From: a virus
Lineage: Duplodnaviria; Caudoviricetes
Length of the DNA stretch: 64,000 nt
Reading direction: 5' to 3' (one strand)
IMG/VR virus record: IMGVR_UViG_3300034071_001210
Coordinates: 32,001-96,000 of that record
Position 1 is the stretch's first letter; every line of letters begins with the position of its first letter. Of this stretch, positions 41,125 through 48,284 are shown piece after piece. The notes under the pieces are model-generated. The model was not told the DNA's origin. It saw nothing but the letters and a program-made list of their open reading frames with translations, and searched no databases. The position numbers and the translations under genes were made by a program.

Positions 41125-41202
41125 TTTTATGGCATATCGTGTATTTTGAGGTATGGGGTACATACCCCCTGCAAAAATTTTATGGCATATCGAGTGTTTT
41201 GA
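41125..41202. repeat. 25-bp direct repeat x2 (TTTTATGGCATATCG.GT.TTTTGA)
   Basis: Copies at 41125-41149 and 41178-41202, 2 mismatches. Confidence 0.8.
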
Positions 41203-41326
41203 AGATATTTGAGAAAATTTGAGGGCGATCTAGCCGAACCCATGTCCGGTATTTCTAGTGTGTCCAAATTCACTGTTTGGACACTCTGAAATTCTCACAA
41301 ATAATAATTTAAATTTATTTAATAAA

Positions 41327-41354
41327 CAACACAGCCCCTTGCGGGGCTGTGTTG
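41327..41354 (-). terminator. Intrinsic terminator ending the leftward early arm
   Basis: AACACAGCCCC-TTGC-GGGGCTGTGTT. Confidence 0.75.
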
Positions 41355-41360
41355 GGTCAC

Positions 41361-41618
41361 TCATTGCACCTCGGGTGGTTCGTATCCCTTGCGGTAATCG
41401 CCCCCGCCGTTGCGGTCCGAGTCATCCTCGGGTGCCGAGTAGTCGAATGGGGGATCGATGTCGCTATCGTCCCCCCACACATCGTGCATGTCATACCGCA
41501 TCTTCTCGCGTTCCATAGCTTCAACCTCCCTATCCCAACAGGCAGGGCAGGCGCATGCAGCGGAACCCAGTGTGCAGGTGCGAGGAGTTTGATCGTTATT
41601 GGCGTTGGTGCAGCTCAT
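41361..41618 (-). CDS. Small acidic Cys-containing early protein (leaderless)
   Basis: ATG 6 nt after the -10 box; MSCTNAN...CACPACWDRE... Confidence 0.75.
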   Translation of the reverse strand: MSCTNANNDQTPRTCTLGSAACACPACWDREVEAMEREKMRYDMHDVWGDDSDIDPPFDYSAPEDDSDRNGGGDYRKGYEPPEVQ

Positions 41619-41624
41619 ACGAGA

Positions 41625-41652
41625 ATTATACACGAATTTGTCGTGACTGCAG
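41625..41652 (-). promoter_or_regulatory. Island promoter P1 (CTGCAGTCACGACA...TATAAT)
   Basis: Conserved 13-copy motif. Confidence 0.85.
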
Positions 41653-41719
41653 CATAGCAGCACGAATAAATTTATATTCGCGTAACCTGGCAAACCTGGC
41701 CCCACCTGGCAAACACAGG

Positions 41720-41747
41720 CAACAGCCCCCCTTTCGGGGGGCTGTTG
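41720..41747 (-). terminator. Hairpin/terminator
   Basis: CAACAGCCCCCC-TTTC-GGGGGGCTGTTG. Confidence 0.7.
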
Positions 41748-41769
41748 GTTCCCTTCCCTCCCTCGAGGG

Positions 41770-42066
41770 TTATCCGCGGTTCAGGTAGCGTTCGTATGAC
41801 TCGTCGTCCATCCGTTCGCCTGTACCGCTGTAGTAGCGGTCATCATCCCCTTCGCGGGGTTCATCCTCATCGTGGCAGGCGGGACCTGCATCACAGGCAC
41901 CCTCGCATGACTCACGATCCGCCTGTGCGTCCAAGTGTTCCTTCAAGTCCGCATCGCGGTCTGCGGCTTCGGTGCATCCGGGGCATAGCCCGTCTACGTA
42001 TTGATCCATGCTCGTGCAGGTGCAGGGTAGGTCTGAGTGATTGACGGTGGTGGTGGTGTTTGCCAT
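41770..42066 (-). CDS. Small acidic Cys-containing early protein (leaderless)
   Basis: MANTTTTV...CTC...CPGC...CEGAC; ATG 6 nt after the -10 box. Confidence 0.75.
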   Translation of the reverse strand: MANTTTTVNHSDLPCTCTSMDQYVDGLCPGCTEAADRDADLKEHLDAQADRESCEGACDAGPACHDEDEPREGDDDRYYSGTGERMDDESYERYLNRG

Positions 42067-42072
42067 GTCGGT

Positions 42073-42100
42073 ATTGTACTCGATCTTGTCGTGACTGCAG
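42073..42100 (-). promoter_or_regulatory. Island promoter P2
   Basis: CTGCAGTCACGACAAGATCGAGTACAAT. Confidence 0.85.
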
Positions 42101-42115
42101 CGCAGGGGGTGAAAT

Positions 42116-42316
42116 TTATTTGTTGCAGCGCAGGGTTTCGCAGAACGCATCGTTGTCTGCCAAGTTCGCAGCGAGTTGATCGAGTTCCTGCGGAGTCATC
42201 GCGGCAAACTTAAACGCGGCAACTTCGGCTTCCAATTTGTTGATGCGAGCGTGCAGCGCAGCGATATTGTCCTGATTGACTTTCCATTCCGAGGGTATGT
42301 AGTTCTTTGGGTGCAT
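42116..42316 (-). CDS. Small early coiled-coil protein (leaderless)
   Basis: ATG 6 nt after the -10 box. Confidence 0.75.
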   Translation of the reverse strand: MHPKNYIPSEWKVNQDNIAALHARINKLEAEVAAFKFAAMTPQELDQLAANLADNDAFCETLRCNK

Positions 42317-42322
42317 GGCGGT

Positions 42323-42350
42323 ATTGTACGATACTTTGTTGTGACTGCAG
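42323..42350 (-). promoter_or_regulatory. Island promoter P3
   Basis: CTGCAGTCACAACAAAGTATCGTACAAT. Confidence 0.85.
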
Positions 42351-42396
42351 GCCGCAGGCCGTCACCAATTTATCTAAATTTATTTGTGCTCCCCAT

Positions 42397-42424
42397 CTGC
42401 AGTCACAACAAACTATCGTACAAT
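42397..42424 (+). promoter_or_regulatory. Island promoter P4 (divergent from P3)
   Basis: CTGCAGTCACAACAAACTATCGTACAAT. Confidence 0.85.
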
Positions 42425-42430
42425 ACACTC

Positions 42431-42820
42431 GTGCTACAGAACACCACCTCCACCCGTCCGATCCACTTCCACCTCCAAGCCTCGACTTTGCCGCTCTCCG
42501 CAATTCTGCTCGACCTGCCTGCTAACCTCCCTGCACGCTCCGCGTTCTTGTACAGCGTTCTCGACTCCGGTTGGATTCGTGTTGCGTTCCGCAAGGATGA
42601 CGGCACCTGCACGATTCGACTCTGCACTCGCAACCCTACGCTTGTTGCCAAGTTCGGTTCGCGTTACGATGTTCAGGGTATCAAGAATTCGGAGTTCAAT
42701 TCAAACGGTCTTGAAACCATCGTGTACTTCGACCATGCGGCAGGTGCGCTCCGGTGCTTCCGTGTGATGCGAGTCGATGGCTGCGGCATCGATGCCGTCA
42801 GTATCGAGAACAACCACTAA
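42431..42820 (+). CDS. SH3/WYL_2-like (DUF2693-like) early protein (leaderless, GTG)
   Basis: IRVAFRKDDGTCTIRLCTRN...IVYFDHAAGALRCFRV. Confidence 0.7.
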   Translation: MLQNTTSTRPIHFHLQASTLPLSAILLDLPANLPARSAFLYSVLDSGWIRVAFRKDDGTCTIRLCTRNPTLVAKFGSRYDVQGIKNSEFNSNGLETIVYFDHAAGALRCFRVMRVDGCGIDAVSIENNH

Positions 42821-42864
42821 CCCGAACGGGGGGGAGAATTTAAATATTCTCTCCCCCTCCGCGG

Positions 42865-42892
42865 CTGCAGTCACAACAAGATCGCGTATAAT
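42865..42892 (+). promoter_or_regulatory. Island promoter P5 (no start codon at +1)
   Basis: CTGCAGTCACAACAAGATCGCGTATAAT. Confidence 0.85.
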
Positions 42893-42900
42893 GCACTCAT

Positions 42901-42979
42901 ACCTACCCCGCCCGAAGCACCGCCCCTAAGTGGACAACCCCACTTCGAATGACAATGGGCACGCAGAGGCGGGGTAGGT
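42901..42979 (+). ncRNA. Candidate structured small RNA / 5' leader
   Basis: 12-bp closing stem ACCTACCCCGCC/GGCGGGGTAGGT starting near the predicted +1; inner AAGTGG/CCACTT and GCCC/GGGC stems. Confidence 0.45.
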
Positions 42980-43016
42980 TTCCCGGTCACTCAAACTTAA
43001 CTGAAAGGTCACAACA

Positions 43017-43214
43017 ATGCTCAAGATGATTATCGATGGTGGCTACCAAATGGTTTATGACGCTCAAGGATTGTGGGCTACCCTTGCTCACGGGTACACG
43101 ATTGCCCCGGGACAAGAGTTGCAGTTTGCAGAACTCTTTCACTCCGGTACGGACGAGGAACGATTGCTGATCCGCAACAACTTGCTTCACCAGAAGCAGA
43201 TGGAACTAATCTAA
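43017..43214 (+). CDS. Small early hypothetical protein
   Basis: GAAAGG RBS; 65 aa. Confidence 0.7.
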   Translation: MLKMIIDGGYQMVYDAQGLWATLAHGYTIAPGQELQFAELFHSGTDEERLLIRNNLLHQKQMELI

Positions 43215-43270
43215 CGAGGTGGTGCTCGAGACAAGATCCACGCCCCTTCGGGGGCGTGGATCTCATTGAT

Positions 43271-43355
43271 CTACTATCAGCACAGCCCTCTGGGGCTGTG
43301 CTGATAGTTGTGGTGGACGGTATGGATGCCGCCGATAACAAGAATATGAAATAAA
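43271..43355 (+). repeat. Hairpin module H1 (CTACTATCAG...CTGATAGTTG + GGA tract + CCGATAA + UP-like element)
   Basis: Hairpin 43271-43310, inner stem CACAGCCC/GGGCTGTG. Confidence 0.9.
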
Positions 43356-43369
43356 TTGTACACCCTACC

Positions 43370-43397
43370 CTGCAGTCACGACAATATCGCTTACAAT
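43370..43397 (+). promoter_or_regulatory. Island promoter P6
   Basis: CTGCAGTCACGACAATATCGCTTACAAT. Confidence 0.85.
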
Positions 43398-43403
43398 ACG
43401 CCC

Positions 43404-43856
43404 ATGCTCTGCACCACTTTCAACAGCGTCTTTGACCTCTTCGCCTCTAACTTCCGTTTCGCCGAGTGCCTGCGTTCCCCCCTCAAGACTGAGGTCGTGG
43501 ATGAATTCACGATCCGCAACCGTTCCAACTACACTCGTGTTGAGTGTGGCAATACTTGGGGTTGGGTTGCAGACCTGAATGTCGGTGGCTTGCGTATCGC
43601 TCACACGAACGGATCGAACATGGCTGATGTGTCCACCCGTTCGCTCGATACCGATCACCAAGTGCGTTGCTCATATACTGCGGACGAACTCCGCAAGATG
43701 GCGTACACGATGTTGGCTGCGGCTAACCACATCGACACTCGCGATTCGGAGAAGAATCAACTACTTCGCCGTCCGAACGGTCAACCGCTCCGTAAGGAGT
43801 TCGTATCGTCCCCCGACTTTGACGAATACCTGAAGTACGAACTGAAGGCAGTCTGA
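43404..43856 (+). CDS. Early hypothetical protein (leaderless)
   Basis: ATG 6 nt after the -10 box; 150 aa. Confidence 0.8.
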   Translation: MLCTTFNSVFDLFASNFRFAECLRSPLKTEVVDEFTIRNRSNYTRVECGNTWGWVADLNVGGLRIAHTNGSNMADVSTRSLDTDHQVRCSYTADELRKMAYTMLAAANHIDTRDSEKNQLLRRPNGQPLRKEFVSSPDFDEYLKYELKAV

Positions 43857-43908
43857 ACCCTGGAAGGGAGGGACTAGAAAGAAATGAATAATTTCTAGTC
43901 CCCCCCGT

Positions 43909-43936
43909 TTGCAGTCACGACAAACTAAGGTACAAT
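43909..43936 (+). promoter_or_regulatory. Island promoter P7
   Basis: TTGCAGTCACGACAAACTAAGGTACAAT. Confidence 0.85.
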
Positions 43937-43942
43937 ACGCAC

Positions 43943-44080
43943 ATGGCAGAGAACACCACCAAACCGGATGAAACCCCCCGCAAACCAATTCGCTGCAACG
44001 AAGGCACAGCCCGGGAAGCACGGCTGCGCGACTGCATTCGACTGCTCACCCCAATGAAAGTTCGCAAGGTATCGACATGA
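43943..44080 (+). CDS. Small early protein (45 aa, leaderless, not in ORF track)
   Basis: MAENTTKPDETPRKPIRCNEGTAREARLRDCIRLLTPMKVRKVST; ATGA overlap with the next gene. Confidence 0.7.
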   Translation: MAENTTKPDETPRKPIRCNEGTAREARLRDCIRLLTPMKVRKVST

Positions 44081-44313
44081 ACAGCACCCTCGAAATTACC
44101 CGGATCCGAAAGACAACCCGGACAATTGAACTGAACCCCAAAGAAATCGCCATCCTCCAGGATATGATCTTTCGCAGGAAGGTAGAGACAAGATTGGAAA
44201 TGAACGGTTACACCTACCGTGATGAATACGGTTCAGACTTTCAAATCGAAGCGGACTTCTACTATAAAGCGTTGGGATTTCTTCAGACCAAACTTGACAA
44301 CCTCACCAAGTAA
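44077..44313 (+). CDS. Early hypothetical protein
   Basis: ATGA-coupled, 78 aa. Confidence 0.75.
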   Translation: MNSTLEITRIRKTTRTIELNPKEIAILQDMIFRRKVETRLEMNGYTYRDEYGSDFQIEADFYYKALGFLQTKLDNLTK

Positions 44314-44328
44314 AGGTAGACTACCAAC

Positions 44329-44592
44329 ATGAAACACGTTCCCAAGTCTCTGCTGTATGCTCAAGTGGACAACATCAACGCCGTATTGCAGACCAAGCCC
44401 GGTAACCGATTAGTTCTGCAACACGCCTTCGGCGGGTTTCAGTTGCAGCAAGAGGTTATGTACCCTCCGTCATGTAGTGTAGGATTCATTTCAATCTCGA
44501 CCGACTATGTGAGCAAGCGTGAAATGAACGATTATCTGAACGCACTTGTGGTGGGCATGGCACTCCGTGCTAACCAAGTGCAACCGATCTAA
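44329..44592 (+). CDS. Early hypothetical protein
   Basis: AAAGG RBS; LQHAFGGFQL motif. Confidence 0.75.
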   Translation: MKHVPKSLLYAQVDNINAVLQTKPGNRLVLQHAFGGFQLQQEVMYPPSCSVGFISISTDYVSKREMNDYLNALVVGMALRANQVQPI

Positions 44593-44664
44593 CGAGGTGG
44601 TGCTCGCAACAACTGAAGAGGATTCGTCCCTGCCCACCCTTCGGGGTGGGCTAGGTTGTTATAT

Positions 44665-44757
44665 CTACTATCAGATTTGGCCCCCCCAAATCTGATAGTT
44701 GTGGATGGGACGGGACGGCCTGTGGATAACTTGTGGATAAGTATTTCAAATAATTTT
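44665..44757 (+). repeat. Hairpin module H2 containing two tandem DnaA boxes
   Basis: Hairpin 44665-44701; TGTGGATAA at 44721-44729 and 44732-44740. Confidence 0.9.
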
Positions 44758-44768
44758 ATGCTCACTTG

Positions 44769-44796
44769 CTGCAGTCACGACAATATCGCTTACAAT
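44769..44796 (+). promoter_or_regulatory. Island promoter P8
   Basis: CTGCAGTCACGACAATATCGCTTACAAT. Confidence 0.85.
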
Positions 44797-44802
44797 ACCG
44801 AC

Positions 44803-45387
44803 ATGAACACCACCACCACCACCAACGTCCGAAACCGAGCCTACTACGCCGCAGAGAATGCTATCCTCAACTGCCGTGCTACTATGAACTTCCGCTCTCT
44901 TGCCGAGTGTGCTACGCCCGATGTCCGTGCTGCTGCCGAGACATGGTACGCCGAGGCGGGTCAGTTTGCTCGAGACCTCCCGCGTCACGATTGGTCATTC
45001 GAAACTGCCTGCGCTGTAGTCGCGGCATTCTCGCCTCGGATCCGATGGGATCAGAATAAGCGTAAGGCGTTCCAATACGCTCATGGCATCATGCCAAAGG
45101 GTCTGCGCTCCCATATTGCCGCCGCAGACCGATGCGTAGCCAAAGGATTCGATGGCTTGGATGGTCTGAAGACAAACGCCTTTGCCCGGGCTATTGCCGG
45201 GGATCTGAATGCGGTCGTGATCGACATTTGGATGTGTCGGGCTGCGGGGCTCGGTAAGGATTCGCTGACAACCGGACAGTACCGTGCAATTTCCGATGCC
45301 GTGCGAACGGTAGCCCGGGAGCACAACATGGCTCCCGCCGTTATGCAGGCACTGATTTGGATCGTGGTCAGGGGGAAGGCACAATGA
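44803..45387 (+). CDS. Helical protein resembling the HhH-GPD glycosylase-like phage family (leaderless)
   Basis: WY..A, AVVAAFSP..RW..N, GLKT.AF, VVIDIWM, MQALIW. Confidence 0.6.
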   Translation: MNTTTTTNVRNRAYYAAENAILNCRATMNFRSLAECATPDVRAAAETWYAEAGQFARDLPRHDWSFETACAVVAAFSPRIRWDQNKRKAFQYAHGIMPKGLRSHIAAADRCVAKGFDGLDGLKTNAFARAIAGDLNAVVIDIWMCRAAGLGKDSLTTGQYRAISDAVRTVAREHNMAPAVMQALIWIVVRGKAQ

Positions 45388-45521
45388 ACCACCGCCCCGG
45401 CAAATTCGTCCACGATGCCTTTCGCGAAGGGATTCGCCTGCGCTCCAAAACCTGGGGCAAGAAAACGCGGGATCCCCGGAAGGCTCGGAGGGACGGGAAA
45501 CAGGAACTCCGTTCAATCTAA
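45384..45521 (+). CDS. Small basic protein (45 aa, not in ORF track)
   Basis: MNHRPGKFVHDAFREGIRLRSKTWGKKTRDPRKARRDGKQELRSI; ATGA overlap. Confidence 0.65.
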   Translation: MNHRPGKFVHDAFREGIRLRSKTWGKKTRDPRKARRDGKQELRSI

Positions 45522-45522
45522 C

Positions 45523-45550
45523 AATATCACCGGAAACGGTGATATTTTTT
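45523..45550 (+). terminator. Intrinsic terminator
   Basis: AATATCACCG-GAAA-CGGTGATATT + T tract. Confidence 0.8.
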
Positions 45551-45555
45551 ATTAT

Positions 45556-45641
45556 CTACTATCAGGATTTGGCCCATCTAAATCCTGATAGTTGTCCAGG
45601 ACGGGATGGACTTGACCGATAATAATAATATGAAATAATTT
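45556..45641 (+). repeat. Hairpin module H3
   Basis: Hairpin 45556-45594; inner GATTTGG/CTAAATC with a G-T pair. Confidence 0.9.
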
Positions 45642-45653
45642 GTACACCCTGTG

Positions 45654-45681
45654 CTGCAGTCACGACAATTTGTATTACAAT
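45654..45681 (+). promoter_or_regulatory. Island promoter P9
   Basis: CTGCAGTCACGACAATTTGTATTACAAT. Confidence 0.85.
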
Positions 45682-45687
45682 ACCGAC

Positions 45688-46083
45688 ATGAAGAACGCCA
45701 CCTCCATCATCTCCGTCCTCCTCATTCCCGCAGACCTCACCAAGCCATGCAGCATGGTCAACATCCGTAAGGGTGACTACGCTCTGATCGATATGTACAA
45801 GTGGATGGACTGCGACTATGTGCAACGCCTCGAAACTCCCAAGAAGAACATGATTCTGTGGGTTGACGAAGAGGGAAGCATCGAGTCGCTCAAGCGCAAG
45901 CCTGTACTCAATGTTCGCGGCAGTATTCTTGCCGGACAGCCAATCATGGGCAACGTGATTCTTGCCGGACAAGATTCCCTGTACGGTGTTGACGGTATCG
46001 AGTTTGGTACCGTCAAGGAAATGATCAAGCGTCTTGAGAACAGCGCACAGCAAGTGATTGCCGAACATCCTTCCCTGAAATAA
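45688..46083 (+). CDS. DUF3846-like early protein (leaderless)
   Basis: LWVDEEG....LN..S....IMGNVILAG. Confidence 0.75.
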   Translation: MKNATSIISVLLIPADLTKPCSMVNIRKGDYALIDMYKWMDCDYVQRLETPKKNMILWVDEEGSIESLKRKPVLNVRGSILAGQPIMGNVILAGQDSLYGVDGIEFGTVKEMIKRLENSAQQVIAEHPSLK

Positions 46084-46154
46084 TGAGGTGGTGCTCAGGG
46101 GGATGGGATTCGTTCCCATCCCCTACCGCCCTCAAATAAATCTTTCTTTCTTCT

Positions 46155-46182
46155 GTGCAGTCACAACAAACCCAGGTATAAT
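46155..46182 (+). promoter_or_regulatory. Island promoter P10
   Basis: GTGCAGTCACAACAAACCCAGGTATAAT. Confidence 0.8.
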
Positions 46183-46188
46183 ACTCAT

Positions 46189-46488
46189 ATGACAATGACA
46201 ACCACCGACATCTCTGAACTTCGTACTCTCCTCTCAGGAGGATATGTCGTAAATGTTTCCTTCACAAAGAAGGACAGGACAATACGCGAAGCCCAGATCA
46301 CTCGTAACCTGCGATTGATGCCGATGACATCTCATCCAAAGAATGTTCGTAAGGTGGATCCGAAATACATCTTCGCGTTTGATATTGATAAGCAAGATTG
46401 GATTTGCTTTCACGAATCACAGTTCGTTTCATTGTCTCATCCTTGGCGCTTGGAGAACGAACAACTAGCATTATGCCAGGGGGCTTGA
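46189..46488 (+). CDS. SH3/WYL_2-like (DUF2693-like) early protein (leaderless)
   Basis: VNVSFTKKDRTIREAQITRN...FDIDKQDWICF. Confidence 0.75.
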   Translation: MTMTTTDISELRTLLSGGYVVNVSFTKKDRTIREAQITRNLRLMPMTSHPKNVRKVDPKYIFAFDIDKQDWICFHESQFVSLSHPWRLENEQLALCQGA

Positions 46489-46599
46489 TCAGCCCTATAA
46501 CCGCCATCGGTGCAACGAGAAGCGGCAGTATGAGAGTCTCAATAGAGTCCTGGGCTTATACTAATAGCCACCCTTCTTTAAGGGTGGTTATTTTATTAT

Positions 46600-46683
46600 C
46601 TACTATCAGGAAGTCGCCCCCTCGACTTCCTGATAGTTGTGGACGGCATGGACGGTACCGATAACAAGAATATAAAATAATTT
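46600..46683 (+). repeat. Hairpin module H4
   Basis: Hairpin 46600-46639; inner GAAGTCG/CGACTTC; preceded by a terminator at about 46565-46597. Confidence 0.9.
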
Positions 46684-46694
46684 GATATACCTGT

Positions 46695-46722
46695 TTGCAG
46701 TCACGACAGGATCGTATACAAT
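46695..46722 (+). promoter_or_regulatory. Island promoter P11
   Basis: TTGCAGTCACGACAGGATCGTATACAAT. Confidence 0.85.
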
Positions 46723-46728
46723 ACCGTC

Positions 46729-46920
46729 ATGACCACACCCGAACCTTATAACACCGTTGAAGACTTCATGGATACCGATGAACCCACCGAGGCTGAAATG
46801 ATTGCCGAACTGATGGAGGAAGGCTACACACAGGACGAAGCCAAGCGTATGATCGGTGACGAGTACGATGCCGATGATGAAGACTCCTACGAGCCACTCG
46901 AAGACGAGGATTCAGAATGA
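46729..46920 (+). CDS. Extremely acidic small early protein (leaderless)
   Basis: 63 aa dominated by D/E. Confidence 0.75.
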   Translation: MTTPEPYNTVEDFMDTDEPTEAEMIAELMEEGYTQDEAKRMIGDEYDADDEDSYEPLEDEDSE

Positions 46921-47231
46921 GTTACAAGATGACCATCCATATGAAGAAAGCCAGGGCAAGCCCCTTTGAGAAGACCTTTGAAAGACGAGCAGAGAGAATG
47001 CTCGCTCTTGTGATGCGTACTCTTGTCAGAGTAGACTTTGGTGACAAGGATGTAGGAATCTTTATTGAGAACTGCCCTATGGTTAACATCCCGATGGGAT
47101 TTCTAAAGTTTGATGACAAGCGTTGGACGGGAAAAGAAATTGCTCAGTTTTGCAAATATATTGATCTTTCTTCTGAGTTTGGCGTTAATGTCACCTTCCT
47201 CGACCCCGAACCTGTTACAATACCAACATGA
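46917..47231 (+). CDS. Early hypothetical protein
   Basis: ATGA-coupled operon. Confidence 0.75.
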   Translation: MSYKMTIHMKKARASPFEKTFERRAERMLALVMRTLVRVDFGDKDVGIFIENCPMVNIPMGFLKFDDKRWTGKEIAQFCKYIDLSSEFGVNVTFLDPEPVTIPT

Positions 47232-47446
47232 TCCCATCCACCACCAACATCTCCGACCTGATTGAAACCATTCGCAAGTTTGTCGATGAGACTCCGGATT
47301 GGATGGAGAGCGACAAATATGTTGCTAGGCTTGGAGTTGCATACCACATTCTCACAACAATGTCTGACCCGGATATGGTCACAGACGAAGAGTACGAGTT
47401 CATCATCGCCATTCACAACACCATCAAGGAACGGAACGCACAATGA
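47228..47446 (+). CDS. Early hypothetical protein
   Basis: ATGA-coupled operon. Confidence 0.75.
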   Translation: MIPSTTNISDLIETIRKFVDETPDWMESDKYVARLGVAYHILTTMSDPDMVTDEEYEFIIAIHNTIKERNAQ

Positions 47447-47787
47447 GTACAAACAAGTTTGAAGGATTCTTCGAGAGTGACAACCACCCCGCCATGAAGA
47501 TGGTTGTTCCAACACCATCACAGATCATTGAGACTCTGATGATGATCTGCGGACAGAATCATCAGTTCTACAAGGATGCAAGCATTCGCCTTATCATCTG
47601 TGGTGGACTTGATGTTGTCGAGAAGCACATCATCAAGGCTCGTGATGAAGGACGGGATCCCGGCATTCATGTTGGCTACGCAGCCTTTATGATGCTTCTT
47701 GCGGATCGCATGGTGGATTCGTATGATGACTACGCAGGTGACAAAGAACGCGAACTGTTTCCTCTTCAGTATGATGAGGATGAATGA
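47443..47787 (+). CDS. Early hypothetical protein
   Basis: ATGA-coupled operon. Confidence 0.75.
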   Translation: MSTNKFEGFFESDNHPAMKMVVPTPSQIIETLMMICGQNHQFYKDASIRLIICGGLDVVEKHIIKARDEGRDPGIHVGYAAFMMLLADRMVDSYDDYAGDKERELFPLQYDEDE

Positions 47788-47946
47788 TTTCAATACACAG
47801 CCTCACATAAGTCAGTTAAATTAGAGCGCAGTAGATGCTTCGAAATTACGACTGCCGTGGGGCAACCGTAGCAGCCAATTTCCTGGCTTGCCGTATGAAA
47901 AAAGGTATGCGGGTGGAGACCCGGCTACAACAGGGTCTCCAAGTTT

Positions 47947-48019
47947 GGGAACGTAGCGCAGTTGGTAGCGCAAATGACTTTTAATCATTTGGTCGTGGGT
48001 TCGAGCCCCACCGTTCCCA
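47947..48019 (+). tRNA. tRNA-Lys(TTT)
   Basis: GGGAACG/CGTTCCC acceptor stem; anticodon loop CT-TTT-AA; GTTCGAG T-loop. Confidence 0.93.
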
Positions 48020-48029
48020 CTAAGGAGAT

Positions 48030-48275
48030 ATGATGAAAACGGCAGAAATTAAAACCTTGCAGAAGACATTGAAAGCCATCAAAGACAATGACGTTAAAGA
48101 TGCTGTTCACTATATGATTAAGTTTCTACATGAACACGGTCATGCAGTTGCCATCTTCACGCCAGAGGAAATGGTTGAAACTACAGCCACAGATGAGGAG
48201 ATTGAAGAGTCGATGATTACTGCTGGGTTTATGACAATGGATTGCTTTAAGATCAACAAAGAAGAAGACGAATAA
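48030..48275 (+). CDS. Hypothetical protein
   Basis: AAGGAG RBS. Confidence 0.75.
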   Translation: MMKTAEIKTLQKTLKAIKDNDVKDAVHYMIKFLHEHGHAVAIFTPEEMVETTATDEEIEESMITAGFMTMDCFKINKEEDE

Positions 48276-48284
48276 GGAAACATC

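Noticed and set aside
47797-47880. Possible fifth tRNA or tmRNA
   Set aside because: No acceptor stem or T-arm could be built; left as an unassigned structured region
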